The position numbers were made by a program, and so were the translations under genes. 64,000 bases of DNA from Octopus sinensis. Its lineage: Eukaryota. Positions 39,998-53,133 of the stretch are shown here, in pieces. The number at the start of each line of letters is the position of its first letter. Positions within the stretch are counted from its first letter, which is position 1. Under the pieces are notes generated by a model. It was given only the letters and a program-made list of their open reading frames with translations. It was not told the origin of the DNA and did no database searches. The stretch lies in the NCBI RefSeq assembly GCF_006345805.1, contig NC_043015.1, forward strand, positions 37,448,001 through 37,512,000, written 5' to 3'.

Positions 39998-40403
39998 ACT
40001 CATTTTGCCCCAGTTTAGACTGCAGTTTTTGAAAATTGAAAATTATCAAATCAGACATTAGTGTGGGAAACATTGACTTGGAACCCGACAGAGGGAAGAA
40101 TTTGGATTGCTGAACATCCAAAATTATTAAAATATTTTATTAGCCACCTGAATTACACCTGGGACAAATTTAAGGGAAAATTTCTTGAAAATCAAGTACC
40201 TGTTACTTGATCGTTTCAAAATGCTTCAACTACAACAACAACAATTGAAACCGATGTTTATTTACTCTCAAAGGTGAGGCAAGAGTACGAAATGGTGATG
40301 CAATACTTGCAATGTAATGTTGTCAGACAAGTAATAAGAAAGTAATGAGGAATTGAAATAACTCATTTTGCCCCAGTTACCAATTTTGCCCCACTTCCCT
40401 GTA
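39998..40403. mobile_element. Probable DNA-transposon (pogo/Tc1-type) terminus
   Basis: An 18-bp direct repeat ACTCATTTTGCCCCAGTT at 39998 and 40361, plus a partial third copy, ends in CCCCACTTCCCTG followed by TA. The partner end was not found. Confidence 0.4.
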
Positions 40404-42602
40404 GTTATTTCAAGTATTTGACAAAATGAAAAGTAGTGAAAAAGAAACAAAGATTCGATAAATGAAAATATATGAGCATAAAAGGACCTTTGTGGTTATC
40501 GTCACTGTTTACAATTTTATTCTAATTGTTTTCAAATTTCGTATATAGATTAAGTTTTATGTGCTAATTATGAAAAAGAATTTCATTTTTCCCTATAAAT
40601 TCATAATTAAAAGTTATTACCTTCAAAATTTGCAAACTTTCAGTATTCAGCCAATCAGAAGCGAGTATTGTAGACATCACCTTGAAGTTCTGTTAGCATG
40701 TTAAGCAAAGAAGCACCACATGTTCTGTAGCTGATTGCGAAGAACTCTGTCTCCATAGTAACCAAAGATTCTGTGCATGCGCACAAGTAGTATAACCTCC
40801 AAGTTGAGTTTAATCAAGAAATTAAGAATACCTGGACATCTTAAAAGCGTGAAAACAAACGCCGGTGCGGGACACACCGTTTAATGGTTGACTCTTATTT
40901 TTATGAATTTATGTAGATAAAGGGGTATGAGGAAGATAATCCTAGACTGCATTGCAAAATTCCGTTCTTGAATTTTTAACTATCAAATGTCTGTTTTAGG
41001 TAATATTTTGACTGCTATTTCTAGCAACGCCTGTTGGTTTGCTTCTAGCTTTTAGAAATTTAATTTGCCCACAAATCTTTTAGTATTTTTCACTGTTTAC
41101 TGTAGCTAGTTTAATGTTCTGACATACCAGTACCCCACTTCTCGCTGCCTCTTCCATCATCGTGACAGACGATGGAAGAAGCAGCGAATGTGCTGTTTTC
41201 TGATTGGCTGAAAAGTCAGAAAATTATCAAACTTTGAACACCTGTTACATTTTCTCAAATTTTTTCTGGAATAAATGAATAACAAATTCTGATTCGGCAT
41301 CAACAATTATATCTATATCATACAACGAAACTTTTTTTAAAGATTTCAACATGCAGTGAAGATAATCAAATTCCAGGATCTTCCCTCATCAGCTGCCAAT
41401 CGGCTATCATAGTAATTTCATAGAAATACGAAGTGGAAAGTGTTGATCGTTATAACGTATCAATCATTGTACTTGCTCATACAATATGGTGAGGGAAAGG
41501 ACAGGAGGGAGACGAAACAACATTGACAGCATGAAGAAAAGTAAAAAAAAATAAATAGAAAGTGCAAAGCCTAGGGGAAATTACCCCTGGAGCTGGTGTC
41601 CATGCGGTCTGCTAGAAAGAGGTTAGAGAATACTATAAATCCATGATGAGTATAAGATATCATATTTGTAGAGTCTACACAACACTTTCCAACAATAAGA
41701 AATATTCAAGTGATAAAACCTATCTCAATATATTATGAAACTATATGCATGCAACAAGTTAAGAAAGAAGAATTATAATTTTAACAAAATATTCATCTTC
41801 AAAGGAAATTTTACTTGAAACTTACGTAAATAAAACAGAATGTCATGGTAGCCATCTGTATGCGACGATAGAAAATGAGTTCACGTCACTATCGACTTAA
41901 TGGACTTGTAGGAAACTAGCAGGCAACTGAAAGGCGATGAATATTAATAGAATTACATTGAAGGTATCTATTATCATTCCTTCGTTAAAACAATTACTAA
42001 TAACGAGAAAATAACCGCAAAATCTTTATAAAAATAAAACAATCTTTGCACTCAGTTCCTCATGCAAATGTCTGTCATTAAATTGTTGCAAATATACAAA
42101 GCAAAATTATTAACCTCATCTAATGATTTCGTTTATAAATTTTCAAATATTTGATCGTTTATTATCATCGTTGTAGATGATTGAATCAAGTCTGTGTATT
42201 AGTTTGAGCTTCTTCTCTACTCTTCTCTTTTAACCCGTCATTTGCGAGGCGTTTGGCAACATAGCTAATTCCTGATAGCGCCAAAATTTCACAAAAATTG
42301 TGTTTAAACAAAACTTAGGTTGATGTTTGCTTTGAATGAAGTTACAGCTGGGCCTCATCCTCGCTGGGTATGTATTCCTTTTAATAGCCTATTTATATTT
42401 TTTCATTCTCAAACGCTATTTTTCCTTGTGATTTTACAGGGTTTTTTTGGGTTTGGTTTTGTTTAATTTGATGTTTGTTGTACCTCTAACACGATATTGA
42501 TTTCTAACGCTTACGGGTGAGTAGTTTTTACCAGTGTTTCGAAAAAATCGTACCCTTGTTGAATAAGGGTATACGCACACATAAATACACAAACACACAC
42601 AT

Positions 42603-42649
<47 letters not shown>

Positions 42650-43332
42650 TTCCCGAGCGTTTGTTGTTTACACACCCGCCTTCATCTTTTGTTTTTGATT
42701 TTTTTTTATAAATCCTCACTATATATTACATGTTCACATGGTCGCACCAGTTTTATCCTATCTCCACGTCATAACACTTCGAGCTCTCCTTGGACTATTC
42801 TACCTGGATTTTCAACCTGGACTTTCTTCTACTCTCCTACACCTAGACTCCTACACATCGGCTGCACCTCTCCTACCCATGGATTATACTGGACACTTCC
42901 TTTGAGAGGAAATCACTTCAACACACCACGACATATATCGCTCTCGCTCGCTCTATCTGGACCTTACTTCGCCATCTTTGGAGCAGGTGAGGAGGTGTAT
43001 TTCCTCTGCATGGTTTATCTCTTCGTCTATGGCTCAAAGTAATGAAACCAGCTCCTATCCTGGGTTAGAAATCGTTCAAGGAAACTAGGAGGATCTGTCT
43101 CAAACAATGTCGGATTTTTCCCTGCTGTGATCAGTCAGATATCAGACTACCTGAAATGAAACAATGCAGTTACTAATAAGAACAACTGTAACTATTACAC
43201 ACACACACACACATACACATATTTATATATACACACTCATATGTATATATATATATTTATATATATATATATACACATGTATACACACATATACATAGAT
43301 ACATATATACATATATATATATATTTATATAC

Positions 43333-43363
<31 letters not shown>

Positions 43364-44176
43364 TGTATAGTGCATATATGTTTATGTGAAAACTGCGTTG
43401 TAACTACTTATATATATCTTAGTATGGTGTTGGGAATGGCTGCCATGTTTCGGTGTTTTTGTATTGACGTCTTTCGACGTTTCTCATTTTTGCTACTAAT
43501 TATTTTACTAACAGTGGAGCTATCAGTAATTGAAGTAGTCTTAGTAGCTGTGGTGTTGGTGATTGTGGTGGTGTTTTGGTGGTAGTGGTGGTGGTGGCGG
43601 TGGCTGTGTTAGCGGCGCTTGCAACGAATAATATATGCTAATATTGCAAAATCTTGCTGTCGCCGAATGAAGTAAATTTGACACAAAGAGATTTGAAATT
43701 TAATAAACTCCAGGACTACGATACACACACGAGCAGACGCTCACAAGCAAACATACACACATACACACATACACACACACACATATGTCTACACACATAC
43801 GCACACATTTACATACATACACACGCATAATAAAATTGGGAAATATAATGAAAGAAGGCTGTCAGCATAGGTGTAAGCAGATGACGCCGGGCTTAGTATT
43901 AGATTTGCTTTTAATGAGATGAATGTATGATTACTGTAAGGATATTTAGTGAATGGGGGATCAACGCAATGCCTCGTGATGTGTGCTTCTAATGTCTACA
44001 CTCAAAGTTCAAATCACAATGAGGCCAACTTTGATTTTGTCGCTTCAGGTTTGAAAAACAATTTAACAGTCGATTACTAGTGTCAGTTCTTGGCCGTTTT
44101 TCTTTACTTCCACTCCCCCTCTCTCTCTCCCTCTCTTTCCCTCTCTCTCTCTCTTTCTCTCTCCCTCTCTTTCCCC

Positions 44177-44214
<38 letters not shown>

Positions 44215-45349
44215 TATTCCCTCGCTCGCTCGCTTTCTCATTCTCGCTCGCACTTTCTGAATTTAACTATTGTAGGAACTGTGCCCGTCCAGCTTCTTTA
44301 TGCATCCGAGAAATATATTCTCATGGAATATGGAAAAGTTTGGAAGCAAGCGCCTCTACGCGCCCAGTAATAATCCTGGTTTCATTGAATGGAATGGTAA
44401 TTGGCCAACATTTACAAGTGAATATTGCTGGCTCGATAAGAGTACTAAAGTCAATTTTTGTTACGATGTACTGGTTTCAACCTATACACACACACACACG
44501 CACACAACTTACACACTCTATGCCTTATGTGAGTGTATCACCGTTTATGCGTGTGTCAGTGTCTGTGCGCACGCACAGGTTCGTCTGTGTGTGTGTCATA
44601 TATGTATGTAAATGCGTGAGGAATATTTAGTATAAACGAGTGCTAAGTAAAAATACGGAGAAGAAAAAACCCTAGTGTTGTTAGACTTATTCTGAGATTC
44701 ATCTCTGTTCGAGTTATCTCTGAAAAGGAATGAATAATCACCGGGAAAAAGCATAAATATTAGCTTTAGTTTTGGTGGGGGGATACAGCAAGGATAGATT
44801 TAATCATTGCAGTAAATATGAACTCGGAATGTCAATACAACAAACCAAATTACGATAAAGAATCAAAATAAATGCTTTAAGGTCGCCATTTTCCTACGTA
44901 TTTTCTGTTGTCAAGAGTGGCTTTGATAATGCTTTGATCTCAATCTCTCAGCATCACAATATTGGCAACTGGCATTTTATATATGGACAACTAGATAAGG
45001 ATATTGGTTTCCAAATTATCTTCTGGCTCTATCTGTGTTGATCACAAATCCATAATCCCAATAATCATACGTAAACGCTACATTTCTACACCATCGTCAC
45101 AATCACCGCCAACACCACCACCACCTCTTTCTGGCAGCTGTGAAACATAACGAGTATGTTGCACCTTGTTACGGCGAAGCTGATTGGTGAATTTTGCTCT
45201 TGGCATCGGATAGAATTCAGCATCAGCGTTTGGATGCGTTGACTGTACATCGTGTTTTCACGAGAATATTTATTGCTCACGTATGGCTTGTACTACTTGC
45301 AAACAATTCATGAACATATAACCTATAAGTGCTTGCGTTGTTGCTGTTA

Positions 45350-45384
<35 letters not shown>

Positions 45385-45404
45385 TTGTTTGTTTGTTGAG
45401 AAGA

Positions 45405-45687
45405 GAAAGCAGGTCAACCCCCGACACCGAGAGCATCGACGGATGGATGAATGCGCATCCAGGCTCAGCGGTTTGCGTAGGAAGTTGGGGTCAAGAGACA
45501 GGAAGAAATAGTGAGAGAAAGTTGGGGCGAAAGAGTACAACAGGGGTCGCCACCAACCCCTGCCGCAGCTTCGTGGAGCTTTAGGTGTTTTCGCTCATTA
45601 GACACACACAACGCCCGGTCTGGGAATCGAAACCGCGATCTTCTGACCGCGAGTCAGCTGCCCTAACCACTGGGCCATTACGCCTCC
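45405..45687 (-). mobile_element. tRNA(Arg)-like-headed SINE (family C-related head, different body)
   Basis: Head GGAGGCGTAATGGCCCAGTGGTTAGGGCAGCTGACTCGCGGTCAGAAGATCGCGGTTTCGATTCCC has A and B boxes and a CTGA/TCAG anticodon arm like tRNA-Arg. There is no acceptor stem. Confidence 0.8.
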
Positions 45688-45947
45688 TTGCTTCTGTTGG
45701 TGTTGTTGTTGTTGTTGTTTAGCCGAAGGTCATTCATTGCATTCGTAAAGCATTTAAAACACGACCCACTGGTCTTACGTTTCTGATTATTACAATATAT
45801 ATTTTCCTCCATTATAAAAAGACATCTTGTAAATATCAATAATTGTTGCTAATAAAATATATAAAATATTTTTTTTCATATTCCGACAGATCACCTCAGA
45901 ATAGATCCAAAGGAAAGCTTCTGCTGCGTCGTTAAATAACAAATAAG

Positions 45948-45987
<40 letters not shown>

Positions 45988-46302
45988 CAATGGATATACC
46001 ACACGTCCTTCTGCTAAAGAAGATAAATTGGAAGGTTTCGAAGGATCTGAGGGATAATTTTTTCCATCAGTGATAGTCAAGTAAAATCGATAGCTAAGCC
46101 TCTGATCTCAGCAATGCGGTAATGATAAATAAGAATTAAAAAAATGGTAAACAAGGCATATACCTTATTGATTTCTTACTTAAGTCAAATGGTATTACCC
46201 AATAGAATATTGATATTGGTTATATTATCTAAGAATTCTGTTATTATTAAGAAAGGATATTTGTTTTATGTTTTTGTCCATTAGTAGAAGGAACAGCACA
46301 AA

Positions 46303-46340
<38 letters not shown>

Positions 46341-46661
46341 TATTGCCTCGAGGTGCTTCGTTCTGTTCCCAATCAGAAACCAATTCCTTTGGAGTGATGT
46401 CAGTACGATTCAGAAGAAAAATGCTTTTCTGCATCAATTTAATCAATCGTGTGTACACACACACCCACATTATATACATAAATACATATTATATATACAT
46501 ATACACATCCACACACACACACACACACACACACACCCACACACAATATATATATTATATATATCTTATATATAATATATTATATAATATATATGTATAT
46601 ATAAATATATATATATTGTATATTATATACATACATACATATTATATATATATATATATAC

Positions 46662-46696
<35 letters not shown>

Positions 46697-46980
46697 ATAT
46701 ATATAATATATATAAAACAATTCCTGAATTGAACTGCGACTGCTGTCAGCCACTGACCATTCAAAATACGACCATCAAGGCATTCCCAGATTTCCCCCCC
46801 CCCTCTCCACATCAGCCTCCTTATTCTTCACCTACCCTACCAAGAACTCAAAACGACCTCGAACACACAAGTGCAAACAAGGGAGTCAGAGAAAGGCAGA
46901 ATGCTACTTATATCTGAACACTCTATAGAAATATTCTTTTAAAAAACTTTTCTTCTAATTTTTTCTAAATTTAATTATTT

Positions 46981-47033
46981 AATCGTTACAGTTGAAAAGG
47001 TCTCAAAATGACCGAAACCGGTACTGAAAGATT
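46981..47033 (+). ncRNA. Degenerate minimal type I hammerhead motif
   Basis: Stem I CAG/CTG plus AATC/GATT, core TTGAAAA (two changes from CTGAAGA), stem II GGTC/GACC, and GAAA-CCGG-TA with a palindromic stem III loop. Confidence 0.55.
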
Positions 47034-47101
47034 CACTATAAAATTATCTTAGCATTTTCTATTTTTGACTTGTTTTTTCATATATATATAATATATAATA
47101 T

Positions 47102-47157
<56 letters not shown>

Positions 47158-47160
47158 CAT

Positions 47161-47284
47161 ACTGGCCTGCTCGCTTAGCCAGCGGGGTGGCGTCATTTGA
47201 AAGCTAAAACAATGCAAAGTACATTGTGACCAGCGATGTGTAGCAACATCTGATAGCCTGGTCGGTCACGGTGATTACGGTGAT
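47161..47284. repeat. ~124-bp stem-rich unclassified element embedded in (TA)n
   Basis: Complex GC-richer island with CTGGC/GCCAG, CAATG/CATTG, GACCAG/CTGGTC and GATGT/ACATC stems, with (TA)n on both sides. Confidence 0.5.
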
Positions 47285-47341
47285 ATATATACATATATAT
47301 ATATGTTTATATATATATGTGTGTGTGTATAAATATATATA

Positions 47342-47630
47342 CTGGCATTTCGTCGTTTACGAGGACGAGTTTTCCAGTTGATCCAATTAATAGAACAGCT
47401 TGCTCATGAAATTAAATTGCAAGTGGTTGAATACTCCACAGACAGGCGTACCATTATGACAGTTCTCAAGGATATTTAGAGTGACACGGAATGTGCCAAG
47501 CCTGGCCCTTTCAATGAATTACAAGTACAACTTTTTGCCCGCTGAGTTGACTGCAGCACCGTGACATAAAATGCCTTGCTCAAGGATACAACGAGATTGA
47601 ACTCACGACCTTCCGATCGACAGCCAACCA
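47342..47630 (-). mobile_element. SINE family C, near full length
   Basis: Minus-strand B-box-like GGTCGTGAGTTCAATCTC, then a body shared with 38727-38880. Confidence 0.85.
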
Positions 47631-49515
47631 CACACACACGCACACACACACACAAATACGTATACACACATACACGCACGCATACATACACGCATGCCAG
47701 AACTGATACATGCACACAGACACACACACAAACATAAACGTGTGCCAGCACTGATACATACATACACACAAACACAGACAAGTATATATCATCATCATCA
47801 TCATCATCACCACCACAGCACCATCATCATCATTATCATCATCATCATCATCATCATCATCCCGTAGTATCTTTTTCGCGGATCACTGTCTCTCCTTCTC
47901 TCCATTCTGTTCGGTTCACCAAGCACGAGGCTTGAAAAAAGAAAAACGTAAGTTTTGGGGTTGAGTCATTCGACTAAAGAACGTTCAAATCACTGCCCCA
48001 GCATGGCCACAGTCTAATGACTCTTAAATACGTAAACGGTGAAAGACAACTGAAAGGAACCGAAATGTGTAGCAAAAATATCTTGCGTTGTTGTCATATT
48101 TGGATATAATGTGCTTTCGTGAAGATAAAACATTCCATATTGATCTGATCTCGTGGAATGTGATATCACAGCAATCAATAGAGGAAAGGTGTAATTACTG
48201 CCAACACAATCACAGTTTTACATTATGATCACAGATAAAACAACCCGGAGCTAATGAAGGGCGAATGGTTAGACACGATTTGATCCTAGGTTTTATTGTT
48301 ATGGATACTATTAATATCATTGTTGTTGTTGTTGTTGTTGTTATTAGCTAACGTTTTTATCGTTATTCAGTTCACGTTGCGCCGGGATCAATTTTATTTC
48401 AAGTAAAGCCAAACGGATGTTGATTAAATGTTGGAAATATGGCGTGCACACAAATTTTAACGACTTTAATTCCTGACAATTCTAATTTCAGTCTAAAGAA
48501 ACATATAAAAACCAATCAATCGAGTAACTGCTACTAAATGTTGCCAGAGTAATAACTTCCAGCAGACGTTGATGAAGTAATAAACCATTTGGTTAATTAT
48601 ATTCTCCATGAAAAACCCATGAAAAGCCCCCGATATTGGAAACGAAGCATTCATAAACGCTGACCTTATGTCAGTTTCTATTATCCGTTTCATCCCTCTC
48701 AACAATGAACAATATCTCAGCTATCAACACAACAGCAAATAAAATCATTGACAGTAGTCAACTATTTTTACAGGATATATTCCCAACCCAAACAATCACC
48801 GAGGGAAGACAATTATTGTCTGTTCAACAAGAGATAAAAAGAAAAAAAGGTGGAGGGCGAAATCATTCATCATTCATTTTCCGTTTGTTTGGAAATCTTT
48901 TACGTTTTTGATATCTTTTTTTCTTCTTTTTGCTTATAGTGTATCAGCCATATTTAACATTCGAGAAACGTCATCGACTGTCACTTCCGGTATGGGTGAT
49001 GATTGTTAGTGTGTTTCTATCTGAAGTGCTAAAGCAATTGAATTAACAGTTCAATGGATTTGTATTAATACCATCAGCAGCCTGTCTCCATTATGAAGTG
49101 AAAGAGTCACATTTTTCATTAACTCAGGTAGAAATAATAACCAAGATGATATATACGTGTCCCTGAAACACCGCTGACAAACGCCATTATCTCTCATCCC
49201 ACTCACCGAATATTACTGATCGTCTGTTTCCCACTGTCGCTTGTTATTAAAATATTAACTGACAACTTGTGCGAGTTTATTAATTATTTTAATTTAGTAG
49301 AGTGATGGTAGAAGATGCAGGCGAATACAAGGGTCCTCAAAAGACAATGTATCAACTTGAGTGAGATGATGCTCAGCGATAAAACTTAACTAAAACCACG
49401 GTCACCGATTTTTGTATATTTTTTGTAACATCCAGGAGTGTAAATTTATTCGTTCTAACATCGCTGCTTTTCTCTGAGTAAAAAGAAAATCAATCGCTAC
49501 GTGCGTCATGTGTGC

Positions 49516-49561
<46 letters not shown>

Positions 49562-50074
49562 CGTAAACAGGTTAAGGGACACAGATAGACAGACAGACAG
49601 ACAAGAAGGAACTCTGCTAGGAAATCATAACATATTGTACACGGCTATTTATCTGGTACCAGTGAACTGAGACAATTGATGACAGTGTCTTCATAATGCT
49701 GAAGTTTTATTAGTTTTGTTTTGTTTTGTTTTTTATTTTGCAGTCAGTATCATCGGTTCGATTCGTGCACAAGACTGCTTTCACTGGGGAAACTTTTACC
49801 AATGTCTAAAGTATTCGTTACACACACGCACACTCACACATACACATGCAAACACGCATACACACACACACACATAAATACACACACACACACACGCGCA
49901 CACACACACACATATATATATATATGTATATATATAAACGAAAGAAAGAAGCACTCCACACAGTTAGTAGGAGTTATACGTATTATCATTTAATACACTT
50001 TGATTCCGCCCCATGCGTATATATCTGTTGTATGTGATGGGGGTTGTAAGTACGTGTATGGGTGTGTACGTACA

Positions 50075-50815
50075 TATTGGGTCATCCCATAAATAATGCA
50101 GTTTTTTTCAATTGTATGGACTAAAGATCAGAGCGGGACGATATAAACTATGTGCATCAACTTGCTATAAAAGCAGGTAGTAATTCTACCTTGTCCTTAT
50201 TCTTAGTGCAAGTTTTGAAGAGTACAGTTCAATTTTAACAGTTATTTTTTCAAGCTATGATATTAGTGACAAAGGAGCGTATTCGGTATATTTTGCTTTA
50301 TGAGTTCAATAAAGGCTACAACGCAACGATAAGTGCGAGGAATATTAATGCAGTATATGGGGATCGGACAATAAGTGTAAGCCGGCGTCAACAGCGGTTC
50401 TAGAAATTCCGAGCCGGAAACTACAGCCTAGAAGACGAGCTTCATTCTGGAAGATCTGTAGAGCTCGACGAGGACGTCCTGGAAAACCTGGTAGAAGAAA
50501 ATCCCATCGTAACTGTTGAAGAACTAACAGAGAATCTTAGATTTGGACATTCAACCATTCATTGACATCTGCGTGCCATCGGAAAAGTCAGCAGATTGGG
50601 TGCAAAGAGTGAATGAGTGCCCTTCCTTGCTGCTGTCACGTCTCATGAATGAACATGGACCGAATAGGGATTATGTAAAAAGAAATGGGTTTTCTATAAA
50701 AATGGGAAACGCCGAAGATAGTGGGGGAAGGAAAGGAGAAAAATCGGCACCCCAGGCTAAAGAAGGTCTTCCCCCACGTAAGGTGTTGTTATCTGTTTTA
50801 TGGGATACGAAAGTT
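50075..50815 (+). pseudogene. Mariner (Mos1/Himar-type) transposon remnant, 3'-truncated
   Basis: TA followed by TIR-like TTGGGTCATCCCATAAATAATGC. ATG at 50257 gives ILVTKERIRYILLYEFNKGYNATISARNINAVYG...KFRAGNYSLEDELHSGRSVELDEDVL...HLRAIGKVSRLG, then KKWVFYKN and EGLPPRKVLLSVLWD. Stops and deletions are present. Confidence 0.92.
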
Positions 50816-51089
50816 CATATGCAAACCATGATTGAACTACTCGTTCATTATGACCCGGGGGTAGTGAGTGTCAGCTCCCCATGAATGGGTTCAGTAGATT
50901 TTCTATGGGTTGACGACGCTCCCGTCATTTTGTCTAAGCCGTGCGCAGGGCAGAATAGGTACCAGTCATTGGAACGTAATATAGTCGACCGAGAGGGTGT
51001 CAATGTCCTATATAAGCTTTTCTCACTTAACTCCAATGACCTACAGATGCTTCGCTATCATTTCACTTCTTTGTCTGTTTTGTATTTAG

Positions 51090-51358
51090 GAATTCCTAAA
51101 GCGATAGATACGTGGCGTGAAAAGTCATATCCGTCGACATGCACAGATGAAAACCAGAACAATCTGGTTGATGAAAATCAGAACAATGGGATATGGTTAT
51201 CTTCAGATAAACTGAGGCAATTATGTGAAAATCAACGGTACAGGACACAATATAATGTGGAGTTAACTATAGTAATAAAAATATCAGCAGAATTTGCTTT
51301 GGTTTTTCGACTGTTCTGTGCTACAAAAATATTGAATAAACTCTGTCAAAGCAACTGA
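51090..51358 (+). CDS. Candidate (terminal?) exon of an unidentified gene
   Basis: Strong pyrimidine tract with TTTAG acceptor at 51061-51089, and only the phase-1 frame is open (IPKAIDTWREKSYPSTCTDENQNNLVDENQNNGIW...). It contains a frame-preserving 24-nt-period duplication. Confidence 0.25.
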
Positions 51359-51556
51359 AAGGTCAGCTACTGTTGAAAAGCAGCATCAACACGAAACTCC
51401 AACTAAACAACTGTTGGAGATTCTTGTTTTTATATAAAGACTTGTATGTGTGTGTTTATGGATGAGAAGCTTGTATCTGTATGAAATAGAATCTTATACT
51501 TTCGGTTCAGACTAATCGAGTATTTGTTGCATAATATTTCATCTTCCTTCTATCGG

Positions 51557-52011
51557 TTATTTGTTTCAGTCATTAGACTGTGGCCATGCTGGAGTACCGC
51601 CTTGAAATTTTAGTTGAATGAATCAACCCCTGCACCTATTATCTTCTTATAGAGCTTATAAAATGTTTATACGGACTCTTTTCCCAAAATACTACGGGTG
51701 AGTAAACAGACAAACACAGGAGTAAAAGACACACACACACATGCTCTCCCTTCATCTCTCCCTCTCTCTCTCTCTCTATCGCACACACACACATACACAC
51801 ACACACACACACACACATACACATACCATACATACAGTTCAAATTTACAGAAAACAAAAGACGAAGTGAGGAGTGAGAAAACCGACAGGCGTATTAGTTT
51901 AACACTCAGGAAAAATGTGAAAGTCTTTTATGTTTCGAGCCAACGCTCTTCAACAGAAAGGAATAAAAGGAAAACAATGGAGAGAGAATGGAGGTCAGCG
52001 ATCCAACATGG

Positions 52012-52070
<59 letters not shown>

Positions 52071-52260
52071 AGATATATATATAATACACACATGCCATAC
52101 ACAAATGGATTTGCTTAGTTTCCGTCTACCATACCCACTCACAAGGATTTTCTGCCCTCGAAGCTATAGTAGAAGACACCCAATGTGCCACGATGTGGGA
52201 CTGAACCTGGAAGTCTGTGGTTGGAGCGCAAACTTCATAACACACAGCCATGGCTGTGCT
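51557..52260 (-). mobile_element. SINE family B fragments (3' end 51557-51645; 5' half 52105-52260)
   Basis: GTTTCAGTCATTAGACTGTGGCCATGCTGGAGTACCGCC and GTTTCCGTCTACC...GACTGAACCTGG...ACACACAGCCA match 53134-53582. They may be one interrupted copy. Confidence 0.7.
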
Positions 52261-53133
52261 TATATTTTTCCTTTTTTTTTTATTTTACTAACGTATTACA
52301 AACTTCCAAATCAACTTTAAATGAACACGTGAAAGTTTGCAGAAAAAAAATCACACACACACACACACCTTTAGAATTGCTAAAATGAAATCCAGCTGAA
52401 ATAGGAATTTTACAAAATAGCGTCTATCTTCTCCGGTAATTGGAAACCCTCTTCTAAATTAAAATAGATTTTATCTCGAATACTCGCGTCTCTTCATCGC
52501 TGCAGACTCTTCTATGGAACAACAAACTGTTGCTTAACAATTGAAATACAAAATGAAAATAGGTAGAAGAGATTTTCACTATAAATCATTATGGCTTTAG
52601 ATACGCCATTGTTTATTAACGTAACAACCGGTAAATAAATTGAATGATGATGCAATATATACATTTGTGTGTGTGCGTGCACGTGTCTGTGTGTGTCGAT
52701 GTGTGTGTGTGTGTGTGCTTGTGTGTATGTGTTTATTCTTCTAGAGATTTCATCTCTTACGCAGTTGCAATAGATTTTACGCAACATTTATTCTACAGAA
52801 GCAATGAAGAAGATCATGAATGCCCAATATATATACATAATTATAATTGAAGGTCCCGAAGAGGCACCACCATGCCAGAAATTTCTGGCATGACAGTGCC
52901 TCTTCGGTACCCTCAATTATAATTATATCTGTATTATTACATATCTATGATAATTATTATCTATACGATTTTTTTCAATGCTGGCCGTTTAAAATGATCG
53001 TTATGCTAAATATTGATCTTATACACTTTATAAATTTATATATACATATATATATATATATTCTTGTGTTCTTACCATTTCTGTCAATACACACACATAT
53101 ATGTATGCATATATATATATATATATATATATA

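Noticed and set aside
42700-43150. Possible L1/Tx1-like LINE C-terminal fragment
   Set aside because: The composition suggests a decayed LINE, but I could not identify a diagnostic motif.
45610-45687. tRNA-Arg-like sequence as a tRNA gene
   Set aside because: It has D-, anticodon- and T-arm remnants but no acceptor stem, and continues into a SINE body.
46015-46080. Minus-strand CTGATGG...GAAAC next to (TA)n
   Set aside because: No stem I or stem II can be formed; at best a fossil.
48493-48720. Minus-strand hydrophobic ORF, and plus-strand DVDEVINHLVNYILHEKPMKSPRYWKRSIHKR*
   Set aside because: Two mutually overlapping readings, neither recognised and neither with paired splice sites.
48996-49165. 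C/D box snoRNA (GTGATGA ... CTGA)
   Set aside because: No terminal stem, wrong box spacing and no recognisable guide sequence.
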